Below the pieces are notes generated by a model, which was not told the DNA's origin, did no database searches, and saw only the letters and a list, made by a program, of their open reading frames with translations. A stretch of DNA of 64,000 nt, taken from positions 544,001-608,000 of the forward strand of contig CAXXUA010000003.1 in assembly GCA_963663765.2 (NCBI GenBank). Direction: 5' to 3'. A program made the position numbers and the translations under genes. The stretch comes from Candidatus Poribacteria bacterium. Lineage in GTDB: Bacteria; Poribacteria; WGA-4E; WGA-3G. Of the stretch, positions 8,922-17,580 are shown in pieces (position 1 is the stretch's first letter; each line of letters begins with the position of its first letter).

Positions 8922-10337
8922 TTAATTCAATAGGCGTTCAACTTCTGTTGCAATTTCGGGATCTATTTCTTTAAGAAGTTGAGTACCTTTAACTCCAGGA
9001 TGCCGTGTTGTGATCTCATAAGCGCGAACAATACGTTCAGGTTCAAACAATAAGTCTTTACCTTTAAGATGAGCATCTATCTCTCTTACGAGAAAATTGT
9101 TTCTGTCAAAAAAGTATCCTTTTTTTGCGATACCATTGATCCAATCCCGGAATTGATAAAACTCCTGGATTTCTCTTTTCTGCTCTGCATTAGCAGCCAA
9201 AAAAGTTCGAACTCTACGATTGCCTTTACCGTTTGGATTGGGTAATGTACGAATCTCTGATTTCCAGAAATCTCCGCTTTCAATAGCATACATATTATCG
9301 CTATCAATATAAACAGATAATATACAAATTCGAGGAGGAGGAAATCTTCTTTTTCTTTTTTCTTCACGATTCCGAAGTGTTACACTCTTTTTGTAGCAAA
9401 ACCATGCAGTTTTGAGATCACCGAGTTTTTCATAAGCTATACCTAAGCTGACGAGTCCAATTGAAGCATCAAGTCGATTCGCTTTATTGAGGTATACAAT
9501 CGCATCTTCCGGTGATTTTTCAAGCAGACGGTATCCTAACGCACTAAGCGTATTCGGATGATTGGGGTGCTTCGTGAGAATTTGGTGGTATCGATCAATG
9601 ACTTTAGTCTCATCTTTTTCATCACGCACCAAATATAATAATGCATCAGGGTTGTCCGGATCTTTAGCAAGGAGTTGGTCAACATAAGCTTTTACTATTT
9701 TCATGTATCTGGTTTCTGACAAAGATACAGATACTGTGTTGAGGTATTTAAATGCACGGCGAGACTCCAGTTTTTCTAAAATATCCGGGTGATAGATGTA
9801 TTGCGATTCAAGGAAGTCAACAGCATAATCAAGGTCTATCTTTCCCCGAGAATACATATTCATTATATATATAGAATGTCTTTCTGGATCTGATGATGAC
9901 AAATATGCATGAATATCCAGATTAACTTGTAGGGTTGGTTCTATTGCCTTAACATCCAATGGTAAAGATGGAAGATTAAAATCGTTGACATAGGATTGTT
10001 GTGAATGCTCTTGTGAGATTAGACGTCTTGGATCTATTGCATTAACATCCATTGGTAAAGATGACGGCTGTGCCCCGTTGACATAAGATTGTTGTGAATG
10101 CTCAGTAGGAATGACCTGTTGACGTACGTTCTGTTTGACCAACATAGGTCGTCTATTAAGTGTTTTATTAGTCTGTTGTTCTTCATGTAAGGAAGAATCA
10201 GTTTCTACTTGTTGACTTATACTTGGAATTGTCACAACATTTTTAGGTTCTGTCATCTTTTTCCAAAGCGCAATGACACCAATTACCAGAACACAGATGC
10301 AAATTATACTCATAAGTACTTTGAGAATATTTGACAT
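8922..10337 (-). CDS. Membrane-anchored TPR-like hypothetical protein
   Basis: N-terminal TM helix; TPR-like helices (LSALGYRLL, LGIAYEKLGDLKTAWFCYKKS); internal duplication EHSQQSYVN...LPxDVxAIxP. Confidence 0.7.
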   Translation of the reverse strand: MSNILKVLMSIICICVLVIGVIALWKKMTEPKNVVTIPSISQQVETDSSLHEEQQTNKTLNRRPMLVKQNVRQQVIPTEHSQQSYVNGAQPSSLPMDVNAIDPRRLISQEHSQQSYVNDFNLPSLPLDVKAIEPTLQVNLDIHAYLSSSDPERHSIYIMNMYSRGKIDLDYAVDFLESQYIYHPDILEKLESRRAFKYLNTVSVSLSETRYMKIVKAYVDQLLAKDPDNPDALLYLVRDEKDETKVIDRYHQILTKHPNHPNTLSALGYRLLEKSPEDAIVYLNKANRLDASIGLVSLGIAYEKLGDLKTAWFCYKKSVTLRNREEKRKRRFPPPRICILSVYIDSDNMYAIESGDFWKSEIRTLPNPNGKGNRRVRTFLAANAEQKREIQEFYQFRDWINGIAKKGYFFDRNNFLVREIDAHLKGKDLLFEPERIVRAYEITTRHPGVKGTQLLKEIDPEIATEVERLLN

Positions 10338-10383
10338 AGTACACCTACTGCAACTTGATGATGGTACCTTTATAAATTGTAAG

Positions 10384-10609
10384 CAGGACTTACGCAGTTT
10401 TCATGATCCAATCAAGAATTAAGACGATGTAATTTTCAGCATTTTTTAGGTTTCCGGCGCGCTTACAAAGCACGCCTACCGTTGGGTGCGTAAGTCCTGT
10501 CAGGACTTACGCAGTTTTCATGATCCAATCAAGAATTAAGACGAAAACGATGTAATTTTCAGCATTTTTTAGGTTTCCGGCGCGCTTACAAAGCACGCCT
10601 ACCGTTGGG
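10384..10609. mobile_element. Two head-to-tail MITE family A copies; the second is truncated at the tnpB junction
   Basis: 10384-10499 is complete with both TIRs; 10501-10609 lacks the right TIR. Confidence 0.85.
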
Positions 10610-11621
10610 ATTGACTGCAGTGATACATTCTTTCTGAAAGTGTAAGGTCTTTCTTTTTGTGTCCACAACCGGAACAGGTTTTACTACTTGCAAAGAACAT
10701 ATCTGCTTCTTTGACAGGTATACCGCGCACTTCCGCTTTTGTCTTGAGTTTTAGCAGGAAACCGCCTAATGCTGAATCTGACAATACTTTTGCGAGGTTT
10801 CTGTTCTTCAGCATATTAGTAACCTTGAGTGTCTCAATACCGATCGCAGCGGCACGGTTGACAATCTCTGTAGTTGCTTTGTGATGTGCATCGTTTCGGA
10901 TACAAGCGATACGATAGTGGATACGTTGTAACTCGTGCTTCTGCTTGAACCAGTTTTTAGACTTGAAAACACACCGGCTCAACTTGCGTTGTTCTCCCTT
11001 TAGCTTCCGCTCATAACGTTTTAGCGGTCGGGGATTATCATATTTCGTGCCATTACTCAAGGTGGCAAGTGTGTTGATGCCTACATCTACACCAATCATA
11101 GGGTGCGTTGAATTATCAACTGCTTCGGTGTCCTCGGTTTCTACGGTGATAGATACAAACCAACGATGTGTTGTCCTTGAGATCGTCACTTTCATAATCT
11201 TACCCACAAAACGCAATGATTCAAACATTCTAATCCAACCAATCTTAGGAAGTTTGATACGCTTGCCTTCAACTTCTACAGATTGATTATTTGTGGTGAA
11301 TGCGTCCTTTTTACCACGCTTCTTGAACTTCGGAAACTTCGCACGTTTACCAACCCAATTCGCAAGCGCAGCCGATAAGTTGCCAAATATGCTTTTGTTG
11401 GCTACAACCTGATCCATATCTTTTGTCCAAGCATGTTCTTTCTTAGCAACATTAAACCGCTTGTTTAACTTAGCAGCTGATAAGAACTCATCTTATGACA
11501 ATGCAGACTTGAAATCTGCTAATGCATGATTATATGCAAATCTCGCATAGCCACACTGTTGTGCAAACCATTTTCGCTGATTGTTATTTGGATTCAATGC
11601 AATCTTATGTGTTTTTAGCAT
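10599..11621 (-). pseudogene. tnpB: IS200/IS605-family TnpB, in-frame stop after about 42 codons and 3' truncated
   Basis: MLKTHKIALNP...ARFAYNHAL..KSALS*; RuvC-I GVDVG, RuvC-II IETL, zinc finger SSKTCSGCG; the DRDxNAA motif is lost at the MITE. Confidence 0.88.
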
Positions 11622-11947
11622 GATGATATTCCAGTCCTATGAAGATGTCAGTTCCCTATACTAAAGGTGTGTAGGTGTTAGTAGCACCTACACTGAACTG
11701 GTATAATGAGTATATCATGTTTTAAACCAAAAATCAAGTTTTTTCTTGACACAAGCACTTAGCACGACTACATCCCACTACCTAATGAGTTTTGACGTTC
11801 AAGTTGTGTATTCGTAGGGGTGTGGTTTCCACACATGATCTACGCAAACTCAAAAACCAAACGGGTTGGGGAACCCAACCCCTACGAATTCAACTACCGA
11901 TTTTGATTGTCAAACTTCATAAGGTAGGGGTTTCGTCGTGATTCTTG
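11622..11947 (-). mobile_element. Left end and leader of the TnpB-only element
   Basis: Minus strand reads TTTAT|CAAGAATC, then a subterminal hairpin (split by a MITE); promoter TTGATT-17-TATACT at 11737-11709; hairpin GTGTAGGTG/CACCTACAC. Confidence 0.6.
11786..11919. mobile_element. MITE family C (TG...CA ends, TIR TGAAGTTTGAC) carrying a REP doublet
   Basis: TAA duplicated on both sides; inserted in the hairpin loop of the tnpB left end; near-identical copy at 12060-12194. Confidence 0.8.
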
Positions 11948-11983
11948 ATAAACATATTGCTCCTATATGGCAATAGTACCTTA

Positions 11984-12580
11984 ACGACTTGTGCCAGTTA
12001 ACTAAATGTTTATACTAAATTCATATATTGGGTTTGGTATATAAACATTTCGTCCCTAATGAAGTTTGACGTTCAAGTTGTGTATTCGTAGGGGCGTGGT
12101 TTCCACACATGTATCTACGCAAACCCAGAAACCAAACGGGTTGGGGAACCCAACCCCTACGAATTCAACTACCGATTTTGATTGTCAAACTTCATAAGGA
12201 CTGAAGATCATTCAAAGGGAGAAGAAGTATGGTTAAATCCTCTTATCTATGTGAAGTAATTTTTAATAATAGTTATTTAGCACAAGTCGCTACTTTCAGG
12301 CAATTGGTAATTTTTTCTGTACACGAATCTTGTCTATGACTGGGTTTTTCCGAAGATAAAGTTACCAATTTTACCAATTAGTAACTTAACGTAAATTGAG
12401 CAATATCCTGATTTGTGCCAGTTAACTAAATTTTTATATTAAATTCACTTATGTTGGGTATGATATATAAACATTTCGTCCCTACAGGACTGAAGATCGT
12501 TTCAACCTATGAGGGACATGTTCAAAACGTTATGCTTATGTGAAACAATGGTTTACATAAAGTCATTTAGCACAACTCGT
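11984..12580. mobile_element. Two MITE family D copies (TIR ACGACTTGTGC): 11984-12290, which contains the family C copy at 12060-12194, and about 12408-12580
   Basis: Inverted ends ACGACTTGTGCCAGTTAAC/TTTAGCACAAGTCG; the whole block is flanked by TACCTTA on both sides. Confidence 0.7.
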
Positions 12581-12584
12581 TACC

Positions 12585-13553
12585 TTACGTCAAATGTATC
12601 GGGTTACCTGTAGCCAAAGACTCATTTGCAGCGATGGACAAAATAGCCGTGTTCACAGCATCAGCATAAGGAGAACGAATCGTACTCCCATCACCAGAAC
12701 GCACCGCTTCAATAAACGTACGATCCATCTCAATCGTGCAGTTATTTTCGTTCTTCCAAGTCTCTTGACCATCACCAGTGGAAAGCACAACAGCTCGACG
12801 CAAATGATATTCTATTGATCCATCCTGACAGAAAATGTCTAACCCAGAACGTCGCAGTCCCTTAGTCGTAAAGCACGCAGAGAACATAATACCAAACACG
12901 CCGCTGTCAAATTGCAGCGAGACAGCAGATGCCTCCTCAATATCATAATCCATATCAGGAATCAGGTCATATCTTGCAACTGCATAGACACTTTTGACTT
13001 CCCCAAACAGATAACGTGCCATATCAAATTCGTGAGTCGTCTGTTCCATCAGTTGACCACCAGATTTTGCCTTCTCCCGCCACCATCCACCGGGCATACC
13101 CCCCATCCAATAACCCATAAAAAACCCAACACGTCGGGAGGCAAGCAATTCTTGTGCTTTGTCAATGATGTCAAGATAACGTTCCTGATATCCGCAGGCA
13201 GTGATGATGCCTTTATCTTCAATTTCTGCAGCAATCTCCTTTGCGTCATCAGCATCCATGTGAACAGGTTTTTCTACGAACATCGGTAAACCAGCAGCTA
13301 CAACAGCCTTTTCTGGTGCACCATGTGCAAACGGTGGAATTGAGATATAAACAGCATCCAATTCCTCTTTGGCGATCATATCATTATAGTCCGAGTATGC
13401 TTTACCACCGTATTGTTCAACGGCACGTTCCGCTTTTTCAATGACTATATCACAAAAGCCGACAAACTTGCTACCACCGATTTGCGTTAATTCACGTAGG
13501 TGACGATTCATGTTCCCACCTGTCCCGATGAAACCTAATCTTACGTCCGACAT
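12585..13553 (-). CDS. Gfo/Idh/MocA family oxidoreductase
   Basis: LGFIGTGG, DAVYISIPPFAH, FVEKP, SGGQLMEQTTH; RBS AGGAG. Confidence 0.93.
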   Translation of the reverse strand: MSDVRLGFIGTGGNMNRHLRELTQIGGSKFVGFCDIVIEKAERAVEQYGGKAYSDYNDMIAKEELDAVYISIPPFAHGAPEKAVVAAGLPMFVEKPVHMDADDAKEIAAEIEDKGIITACGYQERYLDIIDKAQELLASRRVGFFMGYWMGGMPGGWWREKAKSGGQLMEQTTHEFDMARYLFGEVKSVYAVARYDLIPDMDYDIEEASAVSLQFDSGVFGIMFSACFTTKGLRRSGLDIFCQDGSIEYHLRRAVVLSTGDGQETWKNENNCTIEMDRTFIEAVRSGDGSTIRSPYADAVNTAILSIAANESLATGNPIHLT

Positions 13554-13563
13554 ATATTCTCCT

Positions 13564-14330
13564 TTGACATCCCTCCCTGCTAAAGCATGGAGGGATTCCT
13601 AATTCTTATATTGGAAACAAACTCGGTTGTATCCAAACACTTTTCCTGGTTCCGTGTCTCATACCTCCACTTGAGGTCTTACTTGCACATCACAAGCGTT
13701 TTGTGTCTCGGTATGCCCTACCTCGACATTTCTTAAGTTTATTGCAGCGTTGACACCTCTATCTATTGAGATACCACATTCGCTACAATGATACGTTCTT
13801 TCTGAAAGGTCTAAGTCTTTCTTTTTCTGTCCACAACTGCTACACGTTTTGCTTCTTGCATAAAACTGGTCTGCTTCTTTCGGTTTTATCCCGCGTGCTT
13901 CCGCTTTGTTTATTAGCATAGTCAGAAACCCACCTAACGCACTGTCAGAAAACGCCTTTGCAAAGTTTTCTATTTTCTTTAGCATGTTGGTTACCTGTAG
14001 TGTTTCTATGCCGATAGCAGAAGCGTTATTGACAATATCTGTTGATACTTTATGGTGTGCATCAAATCGATTGCAGACTATCTAATAGTGTATCCTTGCA
14101 ACTTTCCATTTTTGCTTTATCCAATTTTTAGATTTAAACTCCTTACGGCTCAACTTACGATGTTCTCGTTTGAGTATTCGCTCGTGGCGTTTCAAGGGTC
14201 TGGAATTATCGTATTTCTTACCATCACTCAGGGTTACCAATGTGTTGATACCAACATCTATATCAATTAATAAGGTGCGTTGCGTTATCAACTGCTTCGG
14301 TGACCTTCCTCTGTGTCTACGGTGATGATG
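13564..14330 (-). pseudogene. tnpB: 3' half of a TnpB element (frameshifted) with an intact right end/omega-RNA region
   Basis: IDVGINTL, SKTCSSCG, CSECG, DRGVNAAIN; right-end hairpin GAATCCCTCC...GGAGGGATG followed by TCAA at 13567-13564. Confidence 0.85.
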
Positions 14331-14936
14331 TTTGTGTAGGATTCAATTCCCACAGCAGCACCGTCCCGTCCGAACTCCCACTTGCGATTGTATTGCCATC
14401 CGGAGTAAAAGAGATGCATTCGACCGAACCCGTATGCCCTGTGAGAGTTCTGAGATGCTTTCCTGTTTTTGCGTCCCACAAGCGGATGGTCTCGTCCGAA
14501 CTCCCACTTGCGATTGTGTTGTTGCCAACCGGACTAAAAGAAACGCTGTAAACCGAACCCGTATGTCCTGTGAGAGTTCTGAGATGCTTCCTGTTTTTGC
14601 GTCCCATAAGCGGATAGTCTCATCCGAACTGCCACTTGCGATTGTGTTGTTGTCATCCGGACTAAACGAGACGCTGGAGACCGGACTCGTATGCCCGGTG
14701 AGGAGATTAAGTTCTTCACCTGTCTGAGCATCGTAAATCCATATACCGATACTACTCGCTACTGCCAACTTGGTGCCATCGGGTGAATACATAATTTCAT
14801 AGATCCGACCTTTGCCGAGTCGGACTTTTGCTCCATCCGGTAGACTCAATTTTGTATAGTCTTGGGCAAAACTGTTCGGTGCTACCGCAAAGATTACAAA
14901 CAGAACGGTTAAAATCAAAAGTAAGATGTTTTTCAT
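14317..14936 (-). pseudogene. Secreted WD40-repeat protein, frameshifted near 14590 and truncated
   Basis: Signal peptide, LPDGAKVRLGKG, GH...SFSPDG.TIASGS.D.TIRLWD repeats; one A lost compared with the next repeat. Confidence 0.82.
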
Positions 14937-15090
14937 TATAAAATCGCTCTCTTGATACACTTATTTCTGTTTTTTCCTAATGTTTTCCAATCTCAAATAA
15001 AAAATGAAAATAATTAATTCCCCGCGTCATACTAAAAAACAGATAGGACGACACAGGGGAACATATCATTCAAATCCGTTTACTTCAACA

Positions 15091-16050
15091 TTACCATTCA
15101 AACACGGTACCCAGTAATCGCATCGGTTCATCACGTAGCCAACGGTATATCTGAGGTGCTTCAGTAACATTGACTCGGTGCCGAATTAGCGGTGTGATCC
15201 TTACTGACTCTTGACGAACAAATCGACAAAGATTTTCAAGATCATCGCGAGTAAAATGGCTACAATGTAAAATACTGATCTCCTTGAATTGCCCGACATT
15301 GAAGGTATAGTTCACATCAAACCTACCAGCAACCAATAGCAAACGTCCACGGGTTTTGCATGCTTGAATCATCGGTGAAATCATATCTGTAGCACCGGCA
15401 AAATCCATCACCGCATCAAAACTGCCATCAGCAATAAGTTTTCTCCACCCATCACCACTTGTATTGAGAACCAATTCAGCGATACCAAGTTCACGAACTT
15501 GTTCCAAACGGGACTCATCAATATCACACACGGATACGCGTGCTCCCATTGCATACATAATCTGCGCAGCAAACATGCCGATACATCCTTGTCCAACGAT
15601 AAGCACGCGTTCTCCAATACGCGGATCAACACGTCGACAACAGTGCATTGCTACACCCGATATACCGAATAACGCTGCCGCCGCAGGATCAATATCCTCA
15701 GGCAATTTCAACAATAACCCGTTTTCTGCAATACTGAACCGTTCAACATGATCCACACTTGCATAAATGAGATCTCCAATCTCAAGTTGTGTGACATCTG
15801 GTCCAGTTTCAATTACACGTCCAACGTTCTGATAACCACCGCCACAGGGCAAACTCTCGTCTGCGGGAGCATAGTTCCCACTGATCAACTGGTTGCGTTC
15901 CGTGCCGTTTGTTAGTCCCGTGAAAACTGCTTCACATAATACCTCGTTACCCACAGGCGACGCAGGTTCTTTCCAGTCAAAAACCACAGTTTTCTCACGG
16001 CGTTTATCCGGCAATAGTTTGATGACAATTGCTCTCACAGGTTTAATCAA
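15091..16050 (-). CDS. Medium-chain (zinc-binding-type) dehydrogenase/reductase
   Basis: GTER, GYQNVGRV, GD.I, VLIVGQGCIG Rossmann motif. Confidence 0.85.
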   Translation of the reverse strand: MIKPVRAIVIKLLPDKRREKTVVFDWKEPASPVGNEVLCEAVFTGLTNGTERNQLISGNYAPADESLPCGGGYQNVGRVIETGPDVTQLEIGDLIYASVDHVERFSIAENGLLLKLPEDIDPAAAALFGISGVAMHCCRRVDPRIGERVLIVGQGCIGMFAAQIMYAMGARVSVCDIDESRLEQVRELGIAELVLNTSGDGWRKLIADGSFDAVMDFAGATDMISPMIQACKTRGRLLLVAGRFDVNYTFNVGQFKEISILHCSHFTRDDLENLCRFVRQESVRITPLIRHRVNVTEAPQIYRWLRDEPMRLLGTVFEW

Positions 16051-16236
16051 TCCTACAGAATAATGCTAAACAAACAAGATAATTCTACCACACATTGTTA
16101 ACTTACCTTATTCATACTAAATTGTCAAGTGTGTTGATCTTTCAGGGTGTGTAAAGTTTTCAATTTATTGAGTAAAATTTTATCACAGTCGCTTGTCCTT
16201 GAGTTAGCTTATTTTTGGGAGTTAACTCATTCTTTG

Positions 16237-16415
16237 TCTGAACCAGGATTTTCAGGATTACCAGATTTTCAGGATTTACCTCGTCAAGGGTTTTTGATAT
16301 GTGTTTATGCCCTCTTTTGGAATAGGATCTGATGAGAAATATCTTGATAATCTACTAATCCCGGTGAATGCCATAAGGCATTCATACCGTTGATTTGAAA
16401 ATCCTAGTTCAGACC
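16237..16415. repeat. Degenerate AGGATT-type inverted repeat element containing a 35-bp hairpin insert
   Basis: GTCTGAACCAGGATTTT...AAAATCCTAGTTCAGAC; insert at 16363-16397. Confidence 0.55.
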
Positions 16416-16495
16416 AAAATCAAGAATACCATAAAAATCCTATATAATTGCTAATCTTAACCCAAAGTTAACTGGCATTACGATATATTCTTAAG

Positions 16496-17460
16496 ACTGA
16501 ATAACCCTGCCTTTTTAGCGTTTGCTATCTCCCTTTATATTTCCGTGCTACAATAACCTTTTATCAGGGTTATTCAGTTTTAGGGATTTTAGCTGTTTCC
16601 TGAGAAAATCGCGACCGGGAGGTCGCTCCTACCGCGTGGTTATTTTTTTGAAAAATTCAAACATTAGGTAAACTGAATAAAACTGCCTTTTTAGCGTTTA
16701 CTATCTCCCTTTATATTTCCGTGCTACAAAAACCTTTTATCAGGGTTATTCAGTTTTAGGGATTTTAGCTGTTTCCTGAGAAAATCGCGACCGGGAGGTC
16801 GCTCCTACCGCGTGGTTATTTTTTTGAAAAATTCAAACATTAGGTAAACTGAATAAAACTGCCTTTTTAGCGTTTACTATCTCCCTTTATATTTCCGTGC
16901 TACAAAAACCTTTTATCAGGGTTATTCAGTTTTAGGGATTTTAGCTGTTTCCTGAGAAAATCGCGACCGGGAGGTCGCTCCTACCGCGTGGTTATTTTTT
17001 TGAAAAATTCAAACATTAGGTAAACTGAATAAAACTGCCTTTTTAGCGTTTACTATCTCCCTTTATATTTCCGTGCTACAAAAACCTTTTATCAGGGTTA
17101 TTCAGTTTTAGGGATTTTAGCTGTTTCCTGAGAAAATCGCGACCGGGAGGTCGCTCCTACCGCGTGGTTATTTTTTTGAAAAATTCAAACATTAGGTAAA
17201 CTGAATAAAACTGCCTTTTCAGCGTTTACTATCTCCCTTTATATTTCCGTGCTACAAAAACCTTTTATCAGAGTTACTCAGTTTTAGGTATTTTAGCTTT
17301 TTTCTGAGAAAATCGCGACCGGCAAATCAAGAAATCAACGGTATGAATGCGCGTATGGCATTCACCGGGTATGAATGCCTGTTGGCATTCCCCGGGTCGC
17401 TCCTACCGCGTGGTTAATTTCTTTGAAAAATTCAAACATTAGGAAAACTGAATAACCCTG
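16496..17460. repeat. 176-bp tandem array: five family B MITEs separated by a near-identical spacer of about 56 bp
   Basis: MITE starts at 16565, 16741, 16917, 17093 and 17269 (exact period 176); the last copy is divergent and carries an insertion. Confidence 0.92.
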
Positions 17461-17476
17461 ACCTTTTTAACTCCTA

Positions 17477-17505
17477 TTGACATTGTTTATTTTTACAAGT
17501 ATACT
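17477..17505 (+). promoter_or_regulatory. Near-consensus sigma70 promoter with no sense gene downstream
   Basis: TTGACA-17 bp-TATACT. Confidence 0.45.
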
Positions 17506-17580
17506 ATCGTCAGATAAACGGACTTATACAATGCTATTTACGGTGTTTGGACATTTCATTTAGCAAATTGGAAAGACCGC

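Noticed and set aside
13659-13985. Functional nuclease-dead TnpB regulator (TldR-like)
   Set aside because: The N-terminal half is deleted and the remainder is frameshifted, so the D-to-G change is more simply decay.
16145-16160. Second GGGTGTGTAAAGTTTT-ended MITE
   Set aside because: Only one end was found, with no matching inverted end or TSD.
16496-17460. CRISPR array
   Set aside because: Spacers are essentially identical, the repeat is about 120 bp with TIRs, and no cas genes are present.
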